Origin: a virus
Taxonomy: Duplodnaviria; Caudoviricetes
IMG/VR virus record: IMGVR_UViG_3300033514_000463
Span: 1 to 34,070 of that record
DNA: 34,070 nucleotides
Direction: 5' to 3' (one strand)
Below the pieces are notes generated by a model. That model made no database searches. It had not been told where the DNA came from and was given only the letters and a program-made list of their open reading frames with translations. Below are positions 19,704 through 28,246 of the stretch, one piece after another. The first letter of the stretch is position 1, and each line of letters begins with the position of its first letter. The position numbers were made by a program, and so were the translations under genes.

Positions 19704-20075
19704 ATGGGCGGAAGAGGTAAAGAAGGACAATGGCCAACGATAAAAGTTTACGCTTGGGATACTTTTTTCTTCAATGGTATTGAAGAGTCTCTCTTTAACG
19801 TAAACGCTGGATACGGCAAACCGAGTGCAGCACTATATACCGTTGATGAATGGGGAACACAACACTATTATATGGAAGCGGGGGAAATAGAATGTTCAGG
19901 TGTTGGGATTAATATGAAATGTTCAGTCAAAAAATTCATCGCTGTTGTAGGTTTTTCCATAAATTTAGTAGAACAAGCGATGGGACGATACTATCGAATT
20001 GACAACGTAAGATTAGTTGGGAAAGCGCAAGTTTGGGCGAACAGAACGTATCCAGCTTGGGCTCTGAAACTATGA
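19704..20075 (+). CDS. Hypothetical protein
   Basis: 123 aa, GAGG RBS. Confidence 0.7.
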   Translation: MGGRGKEGQWPTIKVYAWDTFFFNGIEESLFNVNAGYGKPSAALYTVDEWGTQHYYMEAGEIECSGVGINMKCSVKKFIAVVGFSINLVEQAMGRYYRIDNVRLVGKAQVWANRTYPAWALKL

Positions 20076-20085
20076 AGATGATAAT

Positions 20086-20742
20086 TCATCGTGGTGCAAA
20101 ATACAGAATTGGACAATAAGTATTTGTCTGTAGTTTTGACAATATTTTTTTTCCACCAATCATTACTATAAGTTTAGGTTTTAAAAGAAGTTCCATTTCT
20201 TTAAACCCATTCAGAAATAAGGAAAGTTCATAAGGTTCTGAAATTTCGTGAGCTGACAAACCGATTACAGAGTTGAGGGGCATTCCTTCAAAACACCAAG
20301 AGTAAGATCGCTGATCAAGCCAATTAGCAACTGGAATTACATCAACACCTTGCGATCGCCACCAAGCAGAAACCCACATTTTTCTATAATGATTCCACTT
20401 ATTCATCAAGTCAGGAAAATCAAAACTGAGAGTAAAATCGGGTGAGAAAAGACATGAGAATTTTAGCAATAGCGGAAGTGTTAGATTAGGTCGATTCCAA
20501 ACCCTCACAAACCTGTAATCATCAGTAAAAAAATGACAAGCAGTTTCGGGCGTTATGTGGATTTGGAATTTATTAATATTTGCACTGCCATACTGAAAAA
20601 CTGATTTAGGGATAAATTCGGATGCGGGAAGTATGGGTACACCGATCATTGTCGTTTGTTCAGGTATCCAAAAATTGTTAAGTCCACAGTAATTTTCAGT
20701 TGATTTCTTTAAGTAATCTTCAGTTGTGTATTTTCTTGCCAT
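20086..20742 (-). CDS. DUF4417-family protein
   Basis: HFFTDDYRF.RVWNRP, SPDFTL, WNHYR...WW...GVDVIP..W...SY.WCFEGMP. Confidence 0.85.
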   Translation of the reverse strand: MARKYTTEDYLKKSTENYCGLNNFWIPEQTTMIGVPILPASEFIPKSVFQYGSANINKFQIHITPETACHFFTDDYRFVRVWNRPNLTLPLLLKFSCLFSPDFTLSFDFPDLMNKWNHYRKMWVSAWWRSQGVDVIPVANWLDQRSYSWCFEGMPLNSVIGLSAHEISEPYELSLFLNGFKEMELLLKPKLIVMIGGKKILSKLQTNTYCPILYFAPR

Positions 20743-20745
20743 ATT

Positions 20746-21561
20746 TTAAAGTAATGAAGTAAGAAATTGAATCCGCATTAGTGCGATCGCAGCGCATTGA
20801 GGAACGATCGATCGTCCATACAAACTTACACATTCTCTACGTCCGGCTGTTCGTGGTTCAATTCCGGCTGTGAGTGGTGGTTGATTGAATTTCCACCATC
20901 CATCAATGCCGATTCCGTCCAAGTAGGGGGGAATCCTAACATCCACGCGCACAGTGCTGGGTTGAGTTTTTGGGTAAGAGACAAACGATTTTGCGATCGC
21001 AATGTGGTTTCCAAGTTGTTCTGACCAGCAGCAGAAGTTTTGCCGTTGCCAGAGGGCAAGGTGGTCGGCGTAGGCAATGACAAAAACTCTTTGTCTCTCG
21101 TGAGGCGCACCGAGCTCCGACGCGCTGATAACTTCAACCTCTGTTTGATATCCTGCCATTCTAAGTCCGGCAAGAGCTGTTCGTAGTCCTCGATTGATAA
21201 ACCCACCTGGCTGCTCCACAACCACAAAACCTGGTCTACCGATGATGATACATCGGAGCGCTTCAAACCATAATTCTGACTCTTCATGTTTTAGCCCTGT
21301 CTTTTTCCCAGCAGCAGATGTGCCTGTACAAGGAAATGAAATTAAAAATAAATCGGCTTGATTTTTAGTTGGAATGTACGATCGCACATCAGAATGGATT
21401 GGGATTTCTGGAAAGTGTGATTGTAAAACCCGCTGAGCCTGTGGATTAATTTCAATGAGTTCGATCGTCCGAAACTTTATCCGTGAAATAGGATTGACCA
21501 AACTACCCGCTAATTCCCAAGCTCCGATACCCGCAAAAAAATCAACACATTTTAATTCCAC
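20746..21561 (-). CDS. DNA cytosine-C5 methyltransferase, alpha-type polypeptide (lacks motif IX)
   Basis: FFAGIG (I), SFPC (IV), EQP (variant VI), HERQRVF (VIII), LYGRSIVPQ (X); GTG start. Confidence 0.88.
   Translation of the reverse strand: MELKCVDFFAGIGAWELAGSLVNPISRIKFRTIELIEINPQAQRVLQSHFPEIPIHSDVRSYIPTKNQADLFLISFPCTGTSAAGKKTGLKHEESELWFEALRCIIIGRPGFVVVEQPGGFINRGLRTALAGLRMAGYQTEVEVISASELGAPHERQRVFVIAYADHLALWQRQNFCCWSEQLGNHIAIAKSFVSYPKTQPSTVRVDVRIPPYLDGIGIDGWWKFNQPPLTAGIEPRTAGRRECVSLYGRSIVPQCAAIALMRIQFLTSLL
20826..21287 (-). CDS. Nested alternate-frame C5-MTase beta polypeptide carrying motif IX
   Basis: 153-aa ORF entirely within the MTase gene in another frame; LPTPTT and KLNPALCAWMLGFPPTWT; AGGG just upstream of the ATG. 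Confidence 0.7.
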   Translation of the reverse strand: MKSQNYGLKRSDVSSSVDQVLWLWSSQVGLSIEDYEQLLPDLEWQDIKQRLKLSARRSSVRLTRDKEFLSLPTPTTLPSGNGKTSAAGQNNLETTLRSQNRLSLTQKLNPALCAWMLGFPPTWTESALMDGGNSINHHSQPELNHEQPDVENV

Positions 21562-21623
21562 AATTTCTTTCCTCTTCGCTTCGCTAACAGATTGTTTCGC
21601 TAACGACTACGCACTAACAACTG

Positions 21624-21986
21624 TTATTTTTTCTTAGTTCTAAAGTTTGCTATTTCTGATTTGTGCTTAGCTGATAGTGTAGCCTTGGCAGATTTGTGGT
21701 TAGCTGATAGTGTAGCCTTGGCAGATTTTGCACGCTCTTTAATGTTTGAGATTCGGACTTTGTAATCGTTGTTAAAGTTCGCTTTTGTAATTCTCTTATC
21801 AGCAGAACTCATCCACTTATAACCATGTGAGTTTGTTAATAGAGGGGCTCGTCGTGCCTTCTCTTCTGTAACAAGTCTAAGCTCACGAGTCCACAAATCA
21901 TTCAGTTGCTTTTTCTGGTTTGCCTGGTTCGATGTTAAGTTAGCCTTTTCTGTTACGTGTCTTGCTCTAACTGATGCAATTGTCAT
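21624..21986 (-). CDS. Lys/Ala-rich basic protein, paralog 5 of tandem family
   Basis: KSAKATLSANH KSAKATLSAKH KSEIANF 11-mer repeats. Confidence 0.8.
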   Translation of the reverse strand: MTIASVRARHVTEKANLTSNQANQKKQLNDLWTRELRLVTEEKARRAPLLTNSHGYKWMSSADKRITKANFNNDYKVRISNIKERAKSAKATLSANHKSAKATLSAKHKSEIANFRTKKK

Positions 21987-22008
21987 AATTTAGTGAAAGG
22001 TTTTGTAG

Positions 22009-22037
22009 TCTACACTTCGACGGATTCGAAGTGTAGA
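22009..22037. other. Perfect 12-bp intergenic hairpin
   Basis: TCTACACTTCGA-cggat-TCGAAGTGTAGA. Confidence 0.6.
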
Positions 22038-22053
22038 GGAAAGTGCCAGTAAT

Positions 22054-22674
22054 TTAAAGACTTTTAGGTATTGTTAAAGTACCAAAAGAACTATTAGTCA
22101 AAGGTTTAGGTATTGTTAAAGTACCAAAAGAACTATTAGTCAAAGGTTTAGGTATTGTTAAAGTACCAAAAGAACCTGAACCGCCTACTGAATTAGAACC
22201 TGAAGAACCTGAAGAGTCTGAAGAAGTATTTGGATTCCACCCCAACTCAAAACTAGAACTACCACCACGGGGTTTTGTAGGTTTTGTAGGTTTTGGAACA
22301 TTTGCTATTTCAGTTTTATGTCGAGATGCCATATTAGATTTTGCTTGTTTGTGCTGTGAAGCCATAGAAGCTTTGGCAGTTTTTGCATTTGCTCTGGTGG
22401 TGGTCAAATGATTTGCCCATGTAGTTTTGAGTGCATTTTTCTGTTGTTTCTGAGCAATTACTAAATTAGCCTTCTGTGTTTTATCTTTTACGGATTCCTT
22501 TTGTTTAGTATGCTGTGAAGCCATAGAAGCTTTGGCAGTTTTTGCTGCTGTGCGTGAACTAGCAATATTACTCGTCCACGCTTTGTTGAGTGTATCTTTC
22601 TGAGTTTTCTGAGCGGTTGCTAAAGCCGTTTTTTGTGTTTTGTGACTAGCTCGAAGTTGTGCGATCGCTGTCAT
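22054..22674 (-). CDS. Lys/Ala-rich basic protein, paralog 4, with internal duplication and repeat tail
   Basis: AKTAKASMASQH x2, RHKTEIAN, Ser/Gly linker, FGTLTIPK x3. Confidence 0.8.
   Translation of the reverse strand: MTAIAQLRASHKTQKTALATAQKTQKDTLNKAWTSNIASSRTAAKTAKASMASQHTKQKESVKDKTQKANLVIAQKQQKNALKTTWANHLTTTRANAKTAKASMASQHKQAKSNMASRHKTEIANVPKPTKPTKPRGGSSSFELGWNPNTSSDSSGSSGSNSVGGSGSFGTLTIPKPLTNSSFGTLTIPKPLTNSSFGTLTIPKSL
22063..22175. repeat. 42-bp tandem repeat (2.7 copies) encoding FGTLTIPKPLTNSS
   Basis: Identical units at 22063 and 22105, partial unit at 22147. Confidence 0.9.
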
Positions 22675-22730
22675 GGTTTTTCCTCATTGAACTTGAATGG
22701 AAGATGGTACCAATACTGAAGCCGAAGCGT

Positions 22731-23123
22731 TTATTTTTTAGGTTTGGGCTTGGCTTTTTCGGCTTTTATAGCATAAGCCAAATCATTTTTGTGTTTAGCT
22801 GCCAGATTTTCCTTGTCTACTCTCCATCCTTGTGCCTGAACTTTCTTATAACTAGCCCACTGTTCTGTCTCTCTTTTATGTCGAGCAACCATTGCGGATT
22901 TTTGACTTGCATAATTATTCTTGGCAATCGCGCGATCGGATTTATCTTTAATTCCCGCTAGTCTCGATTTGTGAGCATCCGCTAAACTTTTTTTTTCTCT
23001 AGTTCGCTGAGCCTTGGCAGAGGATACCATCGTAGCTACCGAAACTTTCAGTTCTTTCTGAGATTGAATCAATCGTGCTTTTTCTTGAGCTTGGCGAGTG
23101 CGTAACTGTGTTACATAGGACAT
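22731..23123 (-). CDS. Lys/Ala-rich basic protein, paralog 3
   Basis: QLRTRQAQEKARL start; AHKS, RHKR, KHKN motifs; AAGGA RBS. Confidence 0.8.
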   Translation of the reverse strand: MSYVTQLRTRQAQEKARLIQSQKELKVSVATMVSSAKAQRTREKKSLADAHKSRLAGIKDKSDRAIAKNNYASQKSAMVARHKRETEQWASYKKVQAQGWRVDKENLAAKHKNDLAYAIKAEKAKPKPKK

Positions 23124-23188
23124 AATGCGTTTTATCCTTCATTTGATACTTCAGAACAAACGTGTTCTAATAGTGAAATATTTAAGAA

Positions 23189-23545
23189 TCAACGTTTCTT
23201 AAAACTAGCCAATTCCGACTTATGCCTTGAGGACATACTAGCCTTAGCAGATTTGTGTTGTGCTGACAGTGAGGCTTTGGCGGATTTGGTTTGTGATTTA
23301 ACGTCGGCGATGTTGCTTGCATACGATCGCGTCATTGCCCCTTTTTCTGAACTCTTTTGAGAAGCAGATTTTTTGCTCCAACCTGAACCAGTAGTCAACC
23401 TATTCAAAGCTTCTTTTCGAGCAAACATAACGGTTTTAAGTTCACCTTTCCACACGTTATCTAGGTTCTTCTTTTGGTCTGCTTGGGCTGAAGCCAGGGC
23501 ACTTTTTTCTGATTTTTGGCGTAATCGAGCTTGAACAATACTCAT
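23189..23545 (-). CDS. Lys/Ala-rich basic protein, paralog 2
   Basis: KSAKASLSAQH KSAKASMSSRH KSELASF; GGAG RBS. Confidence 0.8.
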   Translation of the reverse strand: MSIVQARLRQKSEKSALASAQADQKKNLDNVWKGELKTVMFARKEALNRLTTGSGWSKKSASQKSSEKGAMTRSYASNIADVKSQTKSAKASLSAQHKSAKASMSSRHKSELASFKKR

Positions 23546-23604
23546 ACAAAGTCTCCGTAAGTTTCGTAAATGCGGTAATGGATTTGACTACAGTATAACC
23601 AATT

Positions 23605-23838
23605 TTATTTAAGTGATGCTAGTTCACTTTTGTTACTTTTGATTTGGTTAGCTAAGCCAGTTTTTGCATCGGCTCGTACTTTTTTAAGACTAGCCGTAGC
23701 TGTTTCAATTCGTACTTTCCATAGGTTTTTTACAAACACTATAGCAGCTTTATGATTTGCTATCATCGCTTTTTTAGCTGCTGCTAGTCTAGCTTTTTCC
23801 GCTTTTTTTGTTGAGCGTTGCGAAACATCTGTAGGCAT
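23605..23838 (-). CDS. Lys/Ala-rich basic protein, paralog 1 (77 aa)
   Basis: Start moved to ATG 23838 after AGGAGAG; EKARL...NHK...KSELASLK. Confidence 0.75.
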   Translation of the reverse strand: MPTDVSQRSTKKAEKARLAAAKKAMIANHKAAIVFVKNLWKVRIETATASLKKVRADAKTGLANQIKSNKSELASLK

Positions 23839-24032
23839 TAGTGAGTTCTCTCCTTGATATATTTTTAGTTTAACAGATGTTTCTAAAACCCGCAAGGGAT
23901 ATGCTAAATTAAAATACAATACTCCAGTCACATCCATCCTCTTTGAGGGCTACGCCATCGAATCTATCGCTAACGCAAGGCTCAGGAGAAGGCTCAGGAT
24001 TGCAAAGGATCGTCCTACTATAAAGCAAAAAG

Positions 24033-24653
24033 ATGTTAATTGTCACAGAAGCGCATGATCTCGATCCAGTTTACGGTTCAAATTACAAGCCAGGTTATAT
24101 AGGATTTACGAACAGAGATAGTAGCATAGTCTCGCTCGGGATAGCTTATTTTACTGGATGGAATCTAATGAACGATATCCACGTAACACACGCATTTATT
24201 GTTTTGGATGAAAATACGTGTATTGAGGCAGATACAACAAATAATTCAGTGGAAAAGTCATCATTAAAAAAATACTTTGATGACCCAGAATGTCAGATAT
24301 TCTTTCGGAAACCTATAGATTTTACAGAAAAGATTGGGGATGCGATCGCACTAACTGCTTTAGGAGAAGTGGGGAAACAGTACGATTTTGGAGCAATTCT
24401 TACCCAAGCTTTATCAGGAAGTTTGGCGGGTCGGATACTTGCTCGAATATTTCGAGGCAAGTTCGAGGACAAAATTGCGGAGATTCTTCAGGAATCTGAC
24501 AAATGGGTTTGTAGCGAGTTGGTGGCTTATGCGTTGGATGAGCAACCGATTTACCGGGACAGAGGGATTCTCTCGCGACCCAATTCGGCAATTAGTCCCC
24601 AAGAATTGTTTGAAGATTCTCAGATTTTTACACCGTGGAAAAACCAAAAATAG
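24033..24653 (+). CDS. Permuted papain-like NlpC/P60 enzyme (YiiX/YebB-like)
   Basis: His before Cys: THAFIVL ... GKQYDF ... WVCSELVAYAL ... ISPQEL. Confidence 0.8.
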   Translation: MLIVTEAHDLDPVYGSNYKPGYIGFTNRDSSIVSLGIAYFTGWNLMNDIHVTHAFIVLDENTCIEADTTNNSVEKSSLKKYFDDPECQIFFRKPIDFTEKIGDAIALTALGEVGKQYDFGAILTQALSGSLAGRILARIFRGKFEDKIAEILQESDKWVCSELVAYALDEQPIYRDRGILSRPNSAISPQELFEDSQIFTPWKNQK

Positions 24654-24720
24654 TTTAGGAGTAAAATAATGGGCGGAAAAGCTAGGGTATATTTGACATC
24701 AGACAAGAAGTGGATGGAGT

Positions 24721-25231
24721 AGTTTAAGTTAAGGTTCGATTGAATGCAACGGTTTGATCCACGAGAACTACGCTAACAAATGCAACGGTTCGATCAAATG
24801 CAACGGTTCGATCGAGTACAACAGTTCGATCGAGTACAACGGCTCGATCGAACTGTTGTACAACGGTTTAATCCTCTACGAGGGCTACGCTAACGAAAGT
24901 AAATTTGTCTTACGGGCTACGCTAATGGTGAAGGGAAGATGAAGGGAAGATGAAGGGAGATGATAGATGAAGATAATGAAGAGATTGAATTTAGTGGATT
25001 TAGTAAGATTGTTTCTGTGCGATCGTTTTATGTAGTTAGTTAGTTATTTAGTAAGATTATAGGTAAAACCTGCTAATTTAGTGGCTTTATAGACGGGGGA
25101 AGTTGAGTTAATTTTTACTGGGTTTGTTTGATTTTAGTGTTTGATTTTAGTGAGTATTTGATTTGATTTTGATTTTGATTTTGAGTTTGAGTTTAAGTTT
25201 AAGTTTAAGTTAAGGTTCGATCGCATGCAAC
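24721..25231. repeat. Origin-like non-coding region: 18-bp iteron-like repeats, purine-rich repeats and T-rich tract
   Basis: A(A/G)T(G/A)CAAC(G/A)G(T/C)TCGATC(G/A) x4 in tandem (24779-24850) plus variants at 24743 and 24858; GATGAAGGGAA repeats; ~30-bp imperfect direct repeat at 24721 and 25202. Confidence 0.7.
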
Positions 25232-25383
25232 ACGTTACTGAGGATTACTGAGGATTCATAACGCTTCGACTTCACTCAGTGCAAGACTCAGCGCACCGCT
25301 TCAGAAACACCATAACAATCAGAAACAGTTTTTGTTACTGAGAAACAGAGAAACAAATTAGTGATTTTGGATTTTTGGATATT

Positions 25384-25405
25384 GCTTTCGCTTTTGAGTT
25401 TTGAT
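25384..25405 (+). promoter_or_regulatory. Element-specific upstream motif (GCTTTCGCTT-N8-TGAT)
   Basis: Heads the second + strand gene block. Confidence 0.65.
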
Positions 25406-25434
25406 GTTTAATACAGCAACATAACGGCAAACCA

Positions 25435-25800
25435 GTGCATAAACCACGTTATCCCAAGCATCTTTTCCTAGTAACTCCCAAAGATAATATCTCTGATATG
25501 ACTTCCAATGGAAAACAGGCAAAAGGATGTCAATTACCACAAATCAAATTCACTGATTACCAAGTTAGAGAAATTAAAGTCTTACTTGGTGAGAAAAAAT
25601 CCATTTCACGAGTAGTAAAACTTTTCGATATCGAACCGCCATCGATCCTCTCCGAGGACTGCGTTAACGCACCGTCGTTGATTGAAGCGTCGTTGATTGA
25701 ACCATCAACGAGAGTCAAAATCTGTGCGACAGGTAAACAACTAGAACTATTCGATTTGGATAGTTTCACAAAACCCAAGAAAACCAGGAGAAAAAAATGA
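25435..25800 (+). CDS. Protein with truncated HNH remnant and HTH-like segment
   Basis: PKHLFLVTPKDNISDM..KFTDYQVREIK resembles the C-terminal half of phage HNH endonucleases; the N-terminal H/C residues are missing. Confidence 0.5.
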   Translation: MHKPRYPKHLFLVTPKDNISDMTSNGKQAKGCQLPQIKFTDYQVREIKVLLGEKKSISRVVKLFDIEPPSILSEDCVNAPSLIEASLIEPSTRVKICATGKQLELFDLDSFTKPKKTRRKK

Positions 25801-26162
25801 AAAACATCATGTTTGCGGAGATTGAAGGCAAGGTTATCGAAAGTTCACCTCACGGGAATTATCTCGTTGTGGAACTTAGCGATCGCATAACCATCGTAGG
25901 GACATTCTCGAATATTTGGAATTGGCAAGAAATGCCAGAGATAAGTTCAGGATTTGAGAGTTTTATCACATACATCGGTGTACGATCGCTCAGTGAAAGT
26001 AAAAAAGTCAAGGAAATAGTCACAAGTTCTGGCGGATATTTCCACAAAAACGAACAAGAACCACGTTCATCCAAACGAGTAAAAGGTTTTCCGTTAGAGC
26101 TGAAAGTCCGTGGTCTGAGTGTTGATTTTTGCGTCGCACTGATTGTGAAGAAAGATCTATAA
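25797..26162 (+). CDS. Hypothetical protein
   Basis: ATGA overlap, AGGAG RBS. Confidence 0.75.
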   Translation: MKNIMFAEIEGKVIESSPHGNYLVVELSDRITIVGTFSNIWNWQEMPEISSGFESFITYIGVRSLSESKKVKEIVTSSGGYFHKNEQEPRSSKRVKGFPLELKVRGLSVDFCVALIVKKDL

Positions 26163-26169
26163 AATTAGT

Positions 26170-26209
26170 AAAGAAACCTGCTGTCAAAGTGTGGTAGGTT
26201 TCTTTTTTT
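26170..26209 (+). terminator. Intrinsic terminator
   Basis: AAAGAAACCTGC / GTAGGTTTCTTT plus T run. Confidence 0.75.
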
Positions 26210-26218
26210 AAGAGGTTG

Positions 26219-26240
26219 GCTATCGCCTTGAGTTTATGAC
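26219..26240 (+). promoter_or_regulatory. Element-specific upstream motif (GCTATCGCCT-N8-TGAC)
   Basis: 39 nt before ATG 26258. Confidence 0.6.
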
Positions 26241-26257
26241 ATTTATTGGTGGCAATC

Positions 26258-26572
26258 ATGGCTATTATCATCCCATCTAAGTCGGAAAAACGCGCATCTG
26301 AATTGCGTGATGGATTGCGTTTGTTGGCTTGGGAAGCTTACAAAATTGCGAATAATCTCAAAGGTCAAGATGCCTTTAACGGTTATTCGCAATTTAACGA
26401 TGAATGGAAAGAACACGAAGTTCAAAAATTTGATCTTAAGGGAGTTGAAAAACTTATAGTCTCCCTTGGTTACACGATTGATGAATTGATGCAAATTCGC
26501 GAGGAAACTTATCAACGAAAAGCGGAGTTCAACAAGAACGATAAGAAAGATAAGGACGATGTGCCTTACTAA
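26258..26572 (+). CDS. Hypothetical protein
   Basis: Single-gene unit between motif and terminator. Confidence 0.75.
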   Translation: MAIIIPSKSEKRASELRDGLRLLAWEAYKIANNLKGQDAFNGYSQFNDEWKEHEVQKFDLKGVEKLIVSLGYTIDELMQIREETYQRKAEFNKNDKKDKDDVPY

Positions 26573-26581
26573 TAAGTAGGG

Positions 26582-26622
26582 AAAAAGATTCAACCATCCA
26601 AAATGGTTGAGTCTTTTTTTTT
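26582..26622 (+). terminator. Intrinsic terminator
   Basis: AAAAAGATTCAACCAT / ATGGTTGAGTCTTTTT plus T run. Confidence 0.8.
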
Positions 26623-26719
26623 GGCTGATTCCACACTTTACCTAAACCAAAAATGCTTCACCTAAAACAATACCTAAATACATCACAGCAAAAGCGATCC
26701 AGAATTTCTGGCTGGGTAG

Positions 26720-26741
26720 GCTATCGCCTTGAGTTAATGAA
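26720..26741 (+). promoter_or_regulatory. Element-specific upstream motif (GCTATCGCCT-N8-TGAA)
   Basis: 39 nt before ATG 26759. Confidence 0.6.
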
Positions 26742-26758
26742 AATTATCGGAGAAAATC

Positions 26759-27163
26759 ATGGCTATTACAGTTGAAAAGTTCGATCGCAGTATTTATGAC
26801 ACTGAAAAACGGTCTTTCCAAATTGGAAGAACGGTTTACAATGTTAGCGAAGGTACTTATAGCGATTGGAACGATGACGAACTCGATTGCTCACCCTTGT
26901 GGGGCAATTGGCGCACAATCGAAGAACTGCGACAAGAACTTTGGAGTGAAATTCAAAGTTTCATGCCGACTTACTTGGAATCTGGCATGGATGCCGTCAG
27001 AAAACGTCGCAGATGTTCTGGCAGATTTCAATGTTTAGTTAATGCCGCCAATAATTATCTAGATTACGGCAAATTAAAGCTAATCTACATCAGCAATCGC
27101 GATCATGCTGAAATGATAGCAAGATGCATTCAGTATGTTGCTGACCAAATTCGACCATTTTAA
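26759..27163 (+). CDS. Hypothetical protein
   Basis: GGAG RBS; single-gene unit. Confidence 0.75.
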   Translation: MAITVEKFDRSIYDTEKRSFQIGRTVYNVSEGTYSDWNDDELDCSPLWGNWRTIEELRQELWSEIQSFMPTYLESGMDAVRKRRRCSGRFQCLVNAANNYLDYGKLKLIYISNRDHAEMIARCIQYVADQIRPF

Positions 27164-27165
27164 AT

Positions 27166-27204
27166 AAAAATCCCAACTTCTACTAAGAAGTTGGGATTTT
27201 TTTT
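27166..27204 (+). terminator. Intrinsic terminator
   Basis: AAAAATCCCAACTTCT / AGAAGTTGGGATTTTT plus T run. Confidence 0.8.
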
Positions 27205-27209
27205 CTGTT

Positions 27210-27231
27210 GCTTTCGCTTCAAGATTTTGAT
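27210..27231 (+). promoter_or_regulatory. Element-specific upstream motif (GCTTTCGCTT-N8-TGAT)
   Basis: 38 nt before ATG 27248. Confidence 0.65.
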
Positions 27232-27247
27232 TTTTATTTGGTGTTAT

Positions 27248-27829
27248 ATGTTCCGAAACCAGTTTTATGACGATTATATGGGTGGATTGAATCGCGAAAC
27301 TCAATACACTTTCCCTGAATTTGAGAAGGAATATCACACAGCAATGGTAACGGGTCATCGTTGGTTCGTTTATCGAACTCCGATCGATAAACTAATCACA
27401 ATGGCTGTGAATCAAGGAGTTACCCATTTTCTTTGCGGTATGGCGATCGGTGCTGATCAAACTTTTGCTGAAGCATTGATCGATCGCAATCTTAAATGGA
27501 CGGCGGTAATTCCTTGCGCTGACCAAGATAAATTGTGGAAACCGCATCAGCGATCGCATTACAGGAAACTCCTAGACCAGGCAACTAAACAAGTGATTTT
27601 GTATCCAGGTTATTGTCCTGGTGTTATGCAAGGTCGCAATCTCTGGATGATTAAACGTGCCGATCTCTGTCTTGCAATTTTCAGTGGTGATCCATGCGGT
27701 GTCGGTGGCGGAACTGCGACTACAGTCAAAATGGCACGCGATCGCAACCTTTTGATCTATCAGTACATTCCTGCCGAATCCAAGTTCACAATCATTGAAC
27801 CAGCTTATCAACAAATGAGCCTGTTTTAG
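27248..27829 (+). CDS. SLOG superfamily protein (YspA/DUF1273-like)
   Basis: MVTGHR, FLCGMAIGADQ, VIPC.DQ...W, MQGRNLWMI, GGTATTV..A. Confidence 0.85.
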   Translation: MFRNQFYDDYMGGLNRETQYTFPEFEKEYHTAMVTGHRWFVYRTPIDKLITMAVNQGVTHFLCGMAIGADQTFAEALIDRNLKWTAVIPCADQDKLWKPHQRSHYRKLLDQATKQVILYPGYCPGVMQGRNLWMIKRADLCLAIFSGDPCGVGGGTATTVKMARDRNLLIYQYIPAESKFTIIEPAYQQMSLF

Positions 27830-27909
27830 CCGTGAAACTACCATCCCCCTTTAAAAGGGGGATTCAGTACACCGCAAATCAAACCCAAAGAAAAACCCAA
27901 AGAAAAACC

Positions 27910-28131
27910 ATGAAAAAGATAGTTGATCCACATCTTGTTCTTCATGTCAGAATCAAAGCTCTTACCATGCAACTGATCGCCCGTGGAGAAATAATTTCAT
28001 GCGATCGCCAAGCTGATGATTCCTACATAATCGATCGCCCAGGATATTTGCCAACAACCTTCACCGCTGTCAGTGCCGGGACTTTGCTTTATCTCCTTAA
28101 TTCTGCGATTTCCTCAGAAACAGAAACTTAA
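27910..28131 (+). CDS. Hypothetical protein
   Basis: ATG 27910 preferred over the GTG start at 27832. Confidence 0.6.
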   Translation: MKKIVDPHLVLHVRIKALTMQLIARGEIISCDRQADDSYIIDRPGYLPTTFTAVSAGTLLYLLNSAISSETET

Positions 28132-28147
28132 TCCTGTGAAGGACAAT

Positions 28148-28178
28148 AACGTTACTAGAAACCAAATCTAGTAACGTT
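28148..28178 (+). terminator. Hairpin, probable terminator
   Basis: AACGTTACTAGA / TCTAGTAACGTT. Confidence 0.6.
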
Positions 28179-28209
28179 TCTGATTTCTGATTTTCAAGAA
28201 AAAACCAAA

Positions 28210-28231
28210 GCTTTCGCTTTGGAGTGTGGAT
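28210..28231 (+). promoter_or_regulatory. Element-specific upstream motif (GCTTTCGCTT-N8-GGAT)
   Basis: 37 nt before ATG 28247. Confidence 0.6.
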
Positions 28232-28246
28232 TTTTAGGTGTTACTT

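Noticed and set aside
20746-21561. C5 MTase as part of a restriction-modification pair, or as a frameshifted pseudogene
   Set aside because: No adjacent endonuclease. The alpha frame is open through motif X, so the second frame is a nested gene rather than a frameshift.
24743-24873. 18-bp repeats as a CRISPR array
   Set aside because: Units are directly adjacent without unique spacers, too short, and no cas genes are present.
24754-24942. 62-aa ORF (KCNGSI repeats)
   Set aside because: It is just the translation of the 18-bp repeats, with a TTG start and no RBS.
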